32,000 nt of DNA, taken from positions 1 through 32,000 of the forward strand of contig CAVQBJ010000008.1 in the NCBI GenBank assembly GCA_963710725.1, read 5' to 3'. Of the stretch, positions 15,436-29,545 are shown one piece after another (the first letter of the stretch is position 1; every line of letters starts with the position of its first letter). The notes below the pieces were generated by a model, which was not told the DNA's origin, made no database searches, and saw only the letters and a program-made list of their open reading frames with translations. Position numbers and translations under genes: made by a program. This DNA is from an uncultured Solirubrobacterales bacterium (GTDB taxonomy: Bacteria; Actinomycetota; Thermoleophilia; Solirubrobacterales; Solirubrobacteraceae).

Positions 15436-15532
15436 CGCGCCCGTACGCTAGCTCACCGGCTCCGGCGGCCCGCGACCGCGTGGCACGAGCGCCCCGGTAC
15501 GGCCTCGCGGACGCGGTGCGCGCTCATCACGG

Positions 15533-16573
15533 CTAGCGGGCGAACTCCCGCGGCACCGCCAGCTCGGTGTAGGCGCGGATGCAGTAGCGGTCGGTCATCC
15601 CGGCGATGTAGTCGGTGACCCGCTGGGGCAGATCGGCGCCGACCGCGCCGCCCCCGTCGGGCAGCGCCCCGGGGTGCTCGACGTAGAACTCGAACAGGGT
15701 GCGCACCACGTTGGCGATCCGCTCGTGCTCGGCGCGCACCGCCGGCCCGAGGTAGACGTGGGCGAACATGAAGTCGCGCAGCGCGCTCATCGCCGCTCCG
15801 GCGCGCTCGCCCTGCACTATGTCCCCGGCGGCGTGAGAATGCTCGACCATGTCGTGGACGAGCGCATCGATGCGCTGCGAGCCGGTCGTGCCGAGCACGG
15901 CGATCGGCGCGGCCGGCAACGCCTGCTCGTCGAGCACCCCGGCGCGTACGGCATCGTCGATGTCGTGGTTGATGTAGGCGACGCGGTCGATGATCCGCAC
16001 GATGCGCCCCTCGAGCGTCGCCGGCATCTCCGCGCGGCTGGAGTGGCGCACGATCCCCTCGCGCACCGGCTCGGTCAGGTTGAGCCCGGCACCGTCGCGC
16101 TCGAGCTCGTCGACCACGCGCAGCGAGTGCTCGTAATGGCGAAAGTGGCGGCCGAAGCGCTCGGCCAGGCAGCGGTCGAGCACGTCCTCGCCGATGTGCC
16201 CGAACGGCGGGTGGCCGAGATCGTGCCCGACGCCGATCGCCTCGACGAGATCCTCGTTGAGCGACAGCGCGCGCGCGACGGCCCGCGAGATGGTCGTCAC
16301 CTCGAGCGTGTGGGTCAGCCGCGTGCGGTAGTGGTCGCCCTCGGGCGCGACGAAGACCTGCGTCTTGTGCTTCAGGCGGCGAAACGCCTTACAGTGCACG
16401 ATCCGATCGCGATCGCGCTGGAACGGCGTTCGCAGCGAGCAGTCTGCCTCGGCGACGCGCCGCGACGCCGGGTAGGAGCGCGCGGCGAGCGGCGACAGCA
16501 GCCGCTCCTCGCGCTCACGCCAGTCGGCGGCGAACCGCGCGGCCACCGCACCGGTCTGCGCGACATCGGTCAT
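15533..16573 (-). CDS. dgt: dGTPase-like HD-domain triphosphohydrolase
   Basis: Start at ATG 16573 (MTDVAQTG...). Motifs RTPFQRDRDRIVHCKAFRRLKHKTQVF, RLTHTLEV and GHDLGHPPFGH. The classical dgt-dnaG synteny is present. Confidence 0.85.
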   Translation of the reverse strand: MTDVAQTGAVAARFAADWREREERLLSPLAARSYPASRRVAEADCSLRTPFQRDRDRIVHCKAFRRLKHKTQVFVAPEGDHYRTRLTHTLEVTTISRAVARALSLNEDLVEAIGVGHDLGHPPFGHIGEDVLDRCLAERFGRHFRHYEHSLRVVDELERDGAGLNLTEPVREGIVRHSSRAEMPATLEGRIVRIIDRVAYINHDIDDAVRAGVLDEQALPAAPIAVLGTTGSQRIDALVHDMVEHSHAAGDIVQGERAGAAMSALRDFMFAHVYLGPAVRAEHERIANVVRTLFEFYVEHPGALPDGGGAVGADLPQRVTDYIAGMTDRYCIRAYTELAVPREFAR

Positions 16574-16626
16574 CGAGGCGATTGTCGCACCGAGCGGCGA
16601 TGCGCTCGCGCCGCGACGCCCGGCCG

Positions 16627-16986
16627 CTACTCGTTGGGCTCCTGCTTCCAGTCGGAGCGCAACGTGATCCGGTGCCACCAGTGGTGCCATCGGTCCTGGC
16701 GCAGCGGGTCCTCGTCGTATACCGGCGCCTTGTGCTCGGGGCCGGGAAGGCCGGCGGCGGCGGCGGAGTCGATCTTCAGGTCGACGCCGTGCTCGTGCAG
16801 CTGCGCGATCTCCTCGGCCTCCACGAAGCGGATGCCGTGCTCGGTCTTGATGAGCAGCCCGTGGAAGATGTCCTCGCTCTCGGCGGCCAGCACGCTGGCC
16901 ACGGTGCCGACCTGCACGCCGTCGGAGGCGAGCACCGGTACGCCGCTGTCGAGCAGCTCATAGGCGATCGGGGGTCCCTCATCCAT
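16627..16986 (-). CDS. small PRC-barrel/DUF2171-like protein with Trp/His-rich tail
   Basis: MDEGPPIAYELLDSGVPVLASDGVQVGTVASVLAAESEDIFHGLLIKTEHGIRFVEAEEI... The alternative ATG 17007 would overlap the ppdK stop. The upstream part of the track ORF is a shadow of ppdK. Confidence 0.5.
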   Translation of the reverse strand: MDEGPPIAYELLDSGVPVLASDGVQVGTVASVLAAESEDIFHGLLIKTEHGIRFVEAEEIAQLHEHGVDLKIDSAAAAGLPGPEHKAPVYDEDPLRQDRWHHWWHRITLRSDWKQEPNE

Positions 16987-16996
16987 GCGCGGCAGG

Positions 16997-19669
<2,673 letters not shown>

Positions 19670-19701
19670 CCGGAGGTGAGCAGACTACCGCGACGGCAGG
19701 G

Positions 19702-20442
19702 TCAGACCGTCTGCGCCACCGCGCTCGACCGCCCACGCGCCGCTGCGGGCATCAGGCGCAGGTGGGCGTGGTGCTCGAGCGTCTCGGCGACCGCGCGCTC
19801 GACCTGGCCGAGGACGACGTCCTCGGCCACCGGGGCCTCGGCGAGCGAGCGGCCGAGCGCGTCGACCATGAAGGCGTGCGCCGGCTCGCCGAGGCGGAAC
19901 GATCCCGCCTCGCACGCCGCACACACGACGCCCCCGGCGGCGCCCGAGAAGCCGACGAGATGCTCGCGCTCGCCGCAGGTCGCGCAGGCGCCGAGCGCCG
20001 GGGCGAGGCCCGCGGCGAGCAGGAGCTTCAGGCGGAACGCGAGCCCGTTGGCGCGCGTCGCCAGCCCCGGATCGGCGTCGAGCAGGGCGAGCTCGTGACA
20101 GAGCAGGTTGAACACCCCGGGATGCGGCTCGGAGGTCTCGAACAGCCGCCCGACGGCGTCGCAGGCGCGGGCGGCGGCATCGAGCGCTCCCCCATCCTCG
20201 CGCAGGCGGCGGTAGCCGTCGACGGTGTCCGCCGCCGTGACGGTGAACAGCTCGCCGCGACCCTCGTGGAGGATGAGGCGCAGGCGGAAGAACGGCTCCA
20301 GGCGCCCGCCGAAGCGGCTTCGCGCGCGGCGCACACCCTTGGCGATCGCCCCCACGCGCCCGTGCTGCGGGGTGTACAGATGCAGGATGCGATCGGCCTC
20401 GCCGTAGCGCATCGAGCGCAGGACGACCGCTTCGGTGCGCAT
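19702..20442 (-). CDS. recO: DNA repair protein RecO
   Basis: Start at ATG 20442 (MRTEAVVLRSMRYGEADRILHLYTPQHGRVGAIAKGVRR...), with the C-terminal Cys motif CATCG...CAAC. Confidence 0.9.
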   Translation of the reverse strand: MRTEAVVLRSMRYGEADRILHLYTPQHGRVGAIAKGVRRARSRFGGRLEPFFRLRLILHEGRGELFTVTAADTVDGYRRLREDGGALDAAARACDAVGRLFETSEPHPGVFNLLCHELALLDADPGLATRANGLAFRLKLLLAAGLAPALGACATCGEREHLVGFSGAAGGVVCAACEAGSFRLGEPAHAFMVDALGRSLAEAPVAEDVVLGQVERAVAETLEHHAHLRLMPAAARGRSSAVAQTV

Positions 20443-20615
20443 CGGGCCGGGCATGGATGGGAGTCTAGGCCCGGGTCGGGACGACCTCGCCGGGTGCCAG
20501 CCCGACACGACGCGTAATGCTCGGACCTGATCCGAGTCTCTTCCATATGGCCTTCACATCCGAGTCCTCAGATCCTCCGGTTCACCTCCAACCCCTGGCT
20601 ATCCTTTCTGCAGCA

Positions 20616-20870
20616 ATGAAGGAGATCACGGTCTACACGACGGATTTCTGCTCGTACTGCGAGCGCACGAAGGCGCTGCTGCGCAAGCGTGGGCTCAGCT
20701 ACACCGAGGTCAACCTCTCGCGCGACCACGAGACCCGGGCCGAGCTCGCGGCCCGCACCGGGATGATGACCTTCCCGCAGGTGCTCATCGAGGGCGAGTT
20801 GATCGGCGGCTACGCCGAGACGGCCGCGGCCTCCGACAGCGGTCGGCTCGACGAGCTGCTCGCCGCCTGA
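20616..20870 (+). CDS. glutaredoxin (GrxC-like, CSYC active site)
   Basis: 84 aa: MKEITVYTTDFCSYCERTKALLRKRGLSYTEVNL...TFPQVLIEGELIGGY. The upstream part of the track ORF is a low-GC leader. Confidence 0.85.
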   Translation: MKEITVYTTDFCSYCERTKALLRKRGLSYTEVNLSRDHETRAELAARTGMMTFPQVLIEGELIGGYAETAAASDSGRLDELLAA

Positions 20871-21715
20871 CGCGCTCGCCGGCTCAGCGGCTGGCACGAC
20901 TCGCACAGATAGGTTCCGCGTCCGGCCGCGACGATCTTCACGATCGCCCGCCCGCACGTCGGGCAGGGCTCGCCGGCGCGGCGGTGCACGAGGAACTCGT
21001 CCTGGAACGATCCGTACACGCCGTCGACGTGGCGGAAGTCGTCGATCGTCGCGCCCCGGGCGGCGATGCCGGCCTGCAGCGCGGCGACGACCGCGTCGTG
21101 CAGGCGCTGCCACTCGGGCCCGGTGAGCGACCCGGCCGGGCGCAGCGGGTGGATCGCGGCGCGGTGCAGCGCCTCGTCGGCGTAGATGTTGCCGACGCCG
21201 GCGATCCGCCGCTGGTCGAGGAGGAACGCCTTGATCGGCGCGCGGCGCCCGCGCGCGAGCCCGCGCAGGTGCGCGGAGGTGAAGGCCGGGTCGAGCGGCT
21301 CGAGGCCGAGGCGCGCCGCGAAGAACGCCTCCATCGCGTCGGCGCCGAGCAGGAGCTCGCCGGTCCCGAAGCGCCGTGGGTCCACGAGGCACAGCCGCCG
21401 CTCGGCGGCGCCGGCGCCGGCGAGCGTCAGGCGCACCCGCGTGTGCGGCGGCTCGGGGTCGGGATCGCACAGGACCGTGCCGGTCATGCGCAGGTGCTGG
21501 GCGAGGAACACCTCGCCGGCCAGCTCCCAGAGCAGGTACTTGCCGCGACGGCCGAGGCGCTCGACGCGTCGCCCGCGCAGCGCGGCGGCCAGCTCGCTCG
21601 GCTCCAACGGCCGTGACCAGCGCGCGTCGAGGATCTCCACGCGCGCGAGCGTCCGGCCCTCGAGGATCGGGGCGAGCTGTCGGCGGATCGTCTCGACCTC
21701 GGGAAGCTCGGGCAT
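20810..21715 (-). CDS. mutM: formamidopyrimidine-DNA glycosylase
   Basis: MPELPEVETIRRQL N-terminus, catalytic-Lys region RRGKYL, an H2TH region, and the zinc finger CPTCG...YLCESCQ. A 29-aa tail after the finger runs antisense into the grx 3' end. Confidence 0.9.
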   Translation of the reverse strand: MPELPEVETIRRQLAPILEGRTLARVEILDARWSRPLEPSELAAALRGRRVERLGRRGKYLLWELAGEVFLAQHLRMTGTVLCDPDPEPPHTRVRLTLAGAGAAERRLCLVDPRRFGTGELLLGADAMEAFFAARLGLEPLDPAFTSAHLRGLARGRRAPIKAFLLDQRRIAGVGNIYADEALHRAAIHPLRPAGSLTGPEWQRLHDAVVAALQAGIAARGATIDDFRHVDGVYGSFQDEFLVHRRAGEPCPTCGRAIVKIVAAGRGTYLCESCQPLSRRARQAASSSSSRPLSEAAAVSA

Positions 21716-21727
21716 GCAGGCCCGATG

Positions 21728-22981
21728 CTAGGCGTTACGCGGCGCCGTCCCGACGGTCAGCGCGCCGAACGGTCGGCCCGGAAGCGCGTCGGTGACCCGT
21801 CCGGTGAGCCACCACAGCGCGGTCGCGCCAACGTCCGCCATCGGCCCATCGTGGCGGCTGCCGACCCCGCGCGTCGTGTCGGGGATCGCCGGCGCGCCGC
21901 CGCCCGGCACGGCGAGCAGCGGCACGTACTCGCGCGTGTGGTCGGTGCCCGGCGACTGCGGGTCGACGCCGTGGTCGGCGGTGATGATGAGCACATCGTT
22001 GTCGCCGAGCAGCTCGAGCCAGACCGCGATCTCGGCGTCGATCCGCTGTAGGGCGTGGTGGAAGCCGTCGGTGTCCTTGCGGTGGCCGTAGACCTGGTCG
22101 GTGTCGATCAGGTTCGTGAAGACGAGTCCCGCGGGCAGTGTGCGCAGCAGCTCGGTGGTCGCCGGCAGCGCGAGCTCGTTCGTCGCCGCCGGGTGGGCCT
22201 CGCTGATCCCGACCCCGGCGAAGAGATCGTTGACCTTACCGACGGCGTGCACGGCGGCGCCCGCGTCCGAGAGCTCTTCGAGGTAGCTGCGCCGCGGGGG
22301 TGCGAGCGCGAAGTCGCGGCGCCCCTCGGTGCGCTCGAAGCGACCAGGGCGCCCGGAGAACGGGCGCGCAATGACGCGCCCGACCGCGTCCTCGCCCTGC
22401 ATGACGGTGCGCGCCACACTGCAGGCCGCGTACAGCGCCTCGGGCGCCATGCGGTCGGTGTGCGCGGCCAGTTGCAGGACCGAGTCCGCCGACGTGTAGA
22501 GGATGAGGCGGCCGCTGCGCAGGTGCTCCTCGCCGTAGTCGTCGATCGCGGCAATGCCGTTATAGGGGCGGTTGCACACGAACTGCTGGCCGATGGCCGA
22601 TTCGAGGCGACCGATGAGCTCGGCCGAGAGGCCCTCCGGGTAGGTCGGCGGCGCGTGATCGACGGCGACGCCCATCAATTCCCAGTGCCCGGCGGTCGAG
22701 TCCTTGCCCGGCCCGAGCGGGTGCAGACGCCCGTGCAGAGCCGGGTGACGGGCCGGCGGCGCGCCCTGGAGCGTCAGGATCGAGCCGAGCCCGAGGCGCT
22801 GCAGCGTCGGCAGCCGCAGCCCGCCGACGGCCGCGGCCACGTGCGCGAGCGTGTTGCACCCGGCGTCGCCGTAGCGGTCGGCGTCGGGGAGCGCGCCGAC
22901 CCCGCACGCGTCGATGACCACCACCACCGCGCGCCGGCCGTCGCCCTCCGGACGCGCCTTACTGAAGCGCGGGCTCCCCAC
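21728..22981 (-). CDS. deoB: phosphopentomutase
   Basis: GTG 22981 lies 11 nt after the xerD stop. Motifs VVVIDACGVGALPDADRYGD, GKDSTAGHWELMG and IITADHGVDP. The track ORF's first 168 codons are a shadow of xerD. Confidence 0.85.
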   Translation of the reverse strand: MGSPRFSKARPEGDGRRAVVVVIDACGVGALPDADRYGDAGCNTLAHVAAAVGGLRLPTLQRLGLGSILTLQGAPPARHPALHGRLHPLGPGKDSTAGHWELMGVAVDHAPPTYPEGLSAELIGRLESAIGQQFVCNRPYNGIAAIDDYGEEHLRSGRLILYTSADSVLQLAAHTDRMAPEALYAACSVARTVMQGEDAVGRVIARPFSGRPGRFERTEGRRDFALAPPRRSYLEELSDAGAAVHAVGKVNDLFAGVGISEAHPAATNELALPATTELLRTLPAGLVFTNLIDTDQVYGHRKDTDGFHHALQRIDAEIAVWLELLGDNDVLIITADHGVDPQSPGTDHTREYVPLLAVPGGGAPAIPDTTRGVGSRHDGPMADVGATALWWLTGRVTDALPGRPFGALTVGTAPRNA

Positions 22982-22992
22982 GCGTGCGAAGG

Positions 22993-23955
22993 CTAACGAT
23001 CCGCAGCGATCGCGGGGGATCGCGTGGCCCGCGGATGCGCGCGGAAGTAGGCGTCCTTCAGCCGCTCGGCCGACAGATGCGTGTACATCTGGGTCGTGGC
23101 GAGGTCGGCGTGGCCGAGCATCTCCTGCAGCGATCGTAGGTCGCAGCCGCCGGCGAGCAGGTGCGTGGCGAACGTGTGCCGCAGCGTGTGCGGGCTCATC
23201 TTGCCGTCGAGCCCCGCGCGACGGGCGTGGCCCTGAACGATCTTGTACAGGCCCTGACGGGTGAGCCCTCCGCCTCGCTGATTGACGAACAGGTGCCCCT
23301 CGCTGCGCGCGCCGACGAGCACCGGACGCCCACGCTGCAGATAGGTGCGCAGTGCGCCGACCGCCTGGCGCCCGACGGGAACGAGGCGCTCCTTGGAGCC
23401 CTTGCCGCGCGCGGCCAGCAGCCCGCTGTCGAGGTCGACGTCGGAGACGAGCAGCCCGATCGCCTCCGACGCTCGCAGACCGCACGCGTACATCAGCTCG
23501 AGCAGCGCCCGATCGCGCAGCGTCCGCGGCTCCGAGCCCCGCGGCTCGGCGAGGAGCTTGGCCACCTCATCGCGCGAGAGCACGTGCGGCAGCTTGGCGA
23601 CCTTGCGCGGACCGCGCAGGTCGGCCGTGGGGTCGTGGTCGATCACCTCCTCGCGGCGCAGGAAGCGGTAGAAGGAGCGCAGGCAGGCGAGCTTGCGCTG
23701 CAGCGTGGCGACGGCGACGGGCGGTCGCTCCTCGGTCCCGGCCGCGAGCTCCTCGAGGAACTCGGACAGGTCGCCGTGCCCGGCGGACAGCGGATCGAGG
23801 TCGCGCCGGGCGAGGAAGGCGCCGAACTGCAGCAGGTCCGAGCGGTAGGCCTCGAGCGTGTTACGCGACAGGCCGCGCTCGAGCTCGAGATAGGCGAGGA
23901 AGTCGAGCGCCAGCGTCTCCAGGGCAGGGCTCGGCGCGGCCACCACGGTCGTCAC
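22993..23955 (-). CDS. xerD: site-specific tyrosine recombinase XerD
   Basis: 320 aa. N-terminal SAM-like domain (FLAYLELERGLSRNTLEAYRSDL) and catalytic residues in GLRASE ... HTLRHTFATHLL ... LGHADLATTQMYTH. Conserved pyrG-NUDIX-xerD context. Confidence 0.85.
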   Translation of the reverse strand: MTTVVAAPSPALETLALDFLAYLELERGLSRNTLEAYRSDLLQFGAFLARRDLDPLSAGHGDLSEFLEELAAGTEERPPVAVATLQRKLACLRSFYRFLRREEVIDHDPTADLRGPRKVAKLPHVLSRDEVAKLLAEPRGSEPRTLRDRALLELMYACGLRASEAIGLLVSDVDLDSGLLAARGKGSKERLVPVGRQAVGALRTYLQRGRPVLVGARSEGHLFVNQRGGGLTRQGLYKIVQGHARRAGLDGKMSPHTLRHTFATHLLAGGCDLRSLQEMLGHADLATTQMYTHLSAERLKDAYFRAHPRATRSPAIAADR

Positions 23956-24037
23956 GCGAGCTCTATTCCGCGGCGTTGCAGCGGTTCCTGCGTATGCAAG
24001 GGAGCGGCCGCCGCGGGCGGCACACGCGCCGGCTCCG

Positions 24038-24598
24038 TTACGTCGCCGCGGTCCGTCCCAGCCGGTCGCGCAGCCACATGAGCGCGATGAGGGTCTTGGC
24101 GTCGACGAGCTCTGCGATCGTGCGATCGAGGTCGCTCAGCGGCACGGCGACGAGCTCGATGCGCTCGTTCTCGCCGCTCTCGGCGGTCTGCTCGTAGAGG
24201 TCGGTGGCGGCGAACAGGTGCACGACCTCGTTGCTGAACCCCACCGTCGAGTAGAAGCTCGTGATCTTCTCCCAGCGGCGGGCGCCGCGTCCGATCTCCT
24301 CGGCGAGCTCGCGCTCGGCGGCCGCGAGCGGCGCCTCGCCGGCGACGTCGAGCCGTCCGGCGGGAATCTCGAGTACGTCGGGATCGCCGACCGCCTCGCG
24401 GGGCTGGAGCACGAGCCATACGTGCTCGTCGTCGTAGGCGACCGTGGCGACGGCGCCGCCGTGACGCACGATCTCGCGCTCGACCTCCTCGCCGTCGGCG
24501 TGGCGGAAGCGTTCGACGCGCACCTCGATGATCCGCCCGCGGTAGACGGTCTCGCCGTCGATCGGCGTGAAGGCGCGCGGCGACTGGTCGTTCGTCAT
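24038..24598 (-). CDS. NUDIX hydrolase (ADP-ribose pyrophosphatase-like)
   Basis: 186 aa with the Nudix box GRLDVAGEAPLAAAERELAEEIG. The ATG overlaps the upstream stop (ATGA). Confidence 0.85.
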   Translation of the reverse strand: MTNDQSPRAFTPIDGETVYRGRIIEVRVERFRHADGEEVEREIVRHGGAVATVAYDDEHVWLVLQPREAVGDPDVLEIPAGRLDVAGEAPLAAAERELAEEIGRGARRWEKITSFYSTVGFSNEVVHLFAATDLYEQTAESGENERIELVAVPLSDLDRTIAELVDAKTLIALMWLRDRLGRTAAT

Positions 24599-25752
24599 GT
24601 CTCCTCCGGGTCGTCGTCGATGAGCTCAGCGAGCACCGTGCCGCCGGCGAGCGCCGCGGCGAAGAACAGCGGGTCGGCGGCGAGCTGGCGCCCCATCGTC
24701 TCGGCCGGCAGGCCGCTACTCGCGTAGCCGGGCAGATCCACCGCCGTGCGCCGCCAATCGTGTCGCGCGATCCGCGCCGGCCGCGCGTCGCGCAGATCGA
24801 AGTCGAGCGCGGCGCGACCGGTCTGCGAACCGCCGAAGGCCGCTCGCAGGCCGGCACCGAGCTCGCGCCCGGCGGGCGACCGGACGCCCTGGGGCAGCGC
24901 CACGGTGACCTCGCCGAGGAGGAGGTCGAGGACGGTCAGGGAGTGATGAGACATGCCTCGATGCCGCGGCCGCGGGTCCCCGGAGGACATCCGCGCGACG
25001 ACGAGCGCCCGACAGCCGAGCGCGAGAGCGGCATGCGCGGCGTCGAGCGCCGCCAGCCCGCCGTGACCGAGGGCGCTGCCGGAGCCGACGACGCCGGGGC
25101 CGGGCCCACAGACGGCGGTGTCCCAGCCGAGCTCGACCAGGCCGTGGTGCAGCGCGCCGATCGTCGTGATCGCCTCTCCCTCGCCGCCGAAGGCGCTCCC
25201 CGCGGTCAGATGTCCCGCGAGCAGGCCGTCGTCGCGCAGGCGGCGCACGAGCGTTGCGTGGGCGCCGGGCAGCGCACCGCCCCCGTCCTGGACATATCCA
25301 AGGCGTGCCCCCGGGCGGGCCTGGGCGAACGCCCACGCGACCGGCGCGAGCTGCCCGTGTACGGCGAGCACGCCGACCGGACGGTCGAGCGGGTGCGACG
25401 CGAGCTCACCCTCGACGGGGATGACCGCGTGCTGCAGGCTCGTGTAGTTGAGCTTCATGACGTGCGCGTGCGCGACGCCCGCACCGTGCAGCCCCCGAGT
25501 CAGGTTCGCGTGGACGATGTCCTGACCGCCCGAACCGAGGCCGAGCACGACCGCCTGCACGTTCACGATCAGCTCGTCACCGACCTCGCTCGGGCCGACA
25601 AGGCCGGTGTGCGCGATCGCCTCCCGGGGCCCGGCGTCTTCGCCCTCGGGCCCGGTGACGAGCGCGACCCGCAGCCGCTGGGCCCCCGCCTCGGGGCCGT
25701 CGAGGACCTCGACGACCTTCGCGCGCCGCAGCATCAGCGCCTGGGCGCTCAT
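24595..25752 (-). CDS. DUF3866 family protein (uncharacterised)
   Basis: 385 aa from ATG 25752 ([19 protein letters not shown]...). Overall length and motifs (VMKLNYTSLQH, GPGPGVVGSGSALGHGG, RHRGMSHHS) fit my recollection of DUF3866. The track ORF's upstream 401 codons are a shadow of the M20 gene. Confidence 0.6.
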   Translation of the reverse strand: MSAQALMLRRAKVVEVLDGPEAGAQRLRVALVTGPEGEDAGPREAIAHTGLVGPSEVGDELIVNVQAVVLGLGSGGQDIVHANLTRGLHGAGVAHAHVMKLNYTSLQHAVIPVEGELASHPLDRPVGVLAVHGQLAPVAWAFAQARPGARLGYVQDGGGALPGAHATLVRRLRDDGLLAGHLTAGSAFGGEGEAITTIGALHHGLVELGWDTAVCGPGPGVVGSGSALGHGGLAALDAAHAALALGCRALVVARMSSGDPRPRHRGMSHHSLTVLDLLLGEVTVALPQGVRSPAGRELGAGLRAAFGGSQTGRAALDFDLRDARPARIARHDWRRTAVDLPGYASSGLPAETMGRQLAADPLFFAAALAGGTVLAELIDDDPEET

Positions 25753-26899
25753 GGCGCGGCGGACCCCTTCACCGCATGCTCGAGGACCGACAGCGTGACG
25801 TCGAGCATCCCCTCCAGCGCCGCGCTGCTCACGCGCTCGGTCGGCTCGTGGTTGCGTTCGGTGCCGTTCGCGAGGTTGACGATCGGCAGGCCGAGGGACT
25901 GGAAGACGTTCGCGTCCGACGCGCCGCCGCTCGCGACCCGTTGCGGGAGGTAGCCGCAATCGCGCAGGGCCGCCTCGGCCACGGCGAGCGCCGGGGCGGT
26001 CGGGGTGATGCGGTAGCCGCTGAACATGCGAGCGACGTCGACGTCGACATCGCACTCGCAGTCGGGCCGGTTGGCGGCGTCGTGGATGCGGTCCACGAGC
26101 TCGGCGACGAGTGACTCGACCCGGTCCGCGTCCAGGCCACGCGCCTCGGCGACGATCTCGCAGTGCTCGGGGACGACGTTCCATGCCGTTCCCCCTCGGA
26201 TCTCGCCGACATTCGCCGTCGTCTCCTCGTCGATGCGTCCGTGCGGCATCGCGGCGATCGCATGTGCCGCCGCGAGCACCGCCGAGCGCCCGCGCTCGGG
26301 CGCGATGCCCGCGTGGGCCGCGGCACCATGGAAGGCGGCGATGATCCGGTAGTGGGTCGGCGAGGCGACGATGACCTCGCCGATCGGCGAGGCGTGGTCG
26401 AACACGTAGCCGAAGTCGCAGCGCAGCCGCGAGGCGTCGAACGCCGTGGCGCCGGCGAGCGCGGTCTCCTCGCCGACCGTGAACAGGAGCTGCAGGCCGA
26501 CGGGAGCGCCATCGCGAACGACGCGCCGCGCGACGGCGAGGATCATCGCGACGGCCGCCTTGTTGTCGGCGCCGAGGATCCCGGCGCCCTCGTTCTCCCA
26601 GCCACCGTCGATGAGCACCGGGCGCACGGGCGCGGTGAGCGGAACGGTGTCGAGGTGGGCGCAGAGCAGGAGGGTCGGCCTCCCCGCCTCGGCGGCTGGG
26701 ATCTCCGCGAGCAGGTTTCCGCAGTCGCCGCCGAGCTCGCTGGCGGCGTCGTCCTCGCTCACCTCCAGCCCGAGCGCGCGCAGCTCCCCGGTGACGAGGT
26801 CCGCGCAGCGCCGCTCGTGGCGCGAGGGGCTCTCGATCCGGCACAGCGCGGCGAACAGGTCGTTGAGCGCGCGCCGCTCGACCTCGCTCGCGCGAATCG

Positions 26900-26903
<4 letters not shown>
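25749..26903 (-). CDS. M20-family metallopeptidase (tripeptidase/PepT-like)
   Basis: 384 aa with a GTG start. Metal-ligand regions [19 protein letters not shown] and [11 protein letters not shown], plus a dimerisation-domain insert and a C-terminal NHEPTERV. Confidence 0.85.
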
Positions 26904-28662
<1,759 letters not shown>

Positions 28663-28666
<4 letters not shown>

Positions 28667-29484
28667 GGCCTGCCCCAGGAGTCTAGGGCTCTCAGCCCCG
28701 GAGTCCGCTCCACGAGCGCCGAGATCGAGCGAATTTCCCCATAGAGCGTGATGATCGCGAGCACGGCGGCCGCGATCAGCTGGCCGGTGCTCGACAGCGC
28801 GTACACGAGCCACAGGCCCGCGAGCCCCCCGACGAGCCCCGCGCCGGTGTCGCCGAGCATTCCGCGCTCGCCCAGGTCGTAGACCCCGGCCACGAGCACC
28901 GGCGCGGCGAAGACGCCGAGCGGCCACAGCGCCCCGGCGCTCATCGTCCCGATCGTCAGGCCCGCGGCGAGGAGCACGAACGCCTTCACCGCGCGTCCGG
29001 GGCGCAGATCGAGCAGGTTGAACAGGTGCGTGGCGAGCACGAGCACGAGCGCGGCGAGCAGGTAGCGCCCGGTGGTCAGTCCGCGGCCGCTCAGCACCAG
29101 CAGCGCGAGGCCGGCCGAGCCGACCGCCTTGACGACCCCGGCGGAGGGCTGACCGCGGAGCACGGTCGCGCCGTGGGCGCGCAGGCCGCGCGCCGGACCG
29201 CCGAGCTCGTCGTCGAGGAGGCCGAGCAGCGCGACGCCGAGCACATAGAGCGCGACCGTCGCCTGATCGGGGGCCAGCACGGTGGTCGATCCGAGCTGCT
29301 GCGCGAGCGCGAGCGGGATGAAGGCGACGCACGCGGCCGCGACTATCAGGACCCCGAGCGGAAAGGCGACCTCGCGGCCGCGGTAATTGGGTCGGGTGTG
29401 ACCGGCCGCGACGAGGCCTCGCACCGTCGCCGGCGCCAGGACCGCGGCGGCGATCAGGGCGACGATGAAGGGGAGCGAGTGCAC
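28663..29484 (-). CDS. divergent MraY/WecA (PNPT) superfamily-like membrane protein
   Basis: 273 aa with a GTG start and many TM segments. Motif-level resemblance only: [11 protein letters not shown] (DD), [13 protein letters not shown] (in place of N..N..DG.DGL) and [12 protein letters not shown] (GDxGS-like). Confidence 0.5.
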
Positions 29485-29545
29485 CCGCTGACCGTAGCGG
29501 GGTGGGCGGACGCGGGCCGCCGCCCGGCGAGGCGTCGCGCGACGC

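Noticed and set aside
22993-23955. XerD as the integrase responsible for the tRNA-Met islets
   Set aside because: It lies 13.5 kb from the island within the conserved pyrG-NUDIX-xerD housekeeping context and has canonical XerD features. Chromosome-dimer resolution is the parsimonious role.
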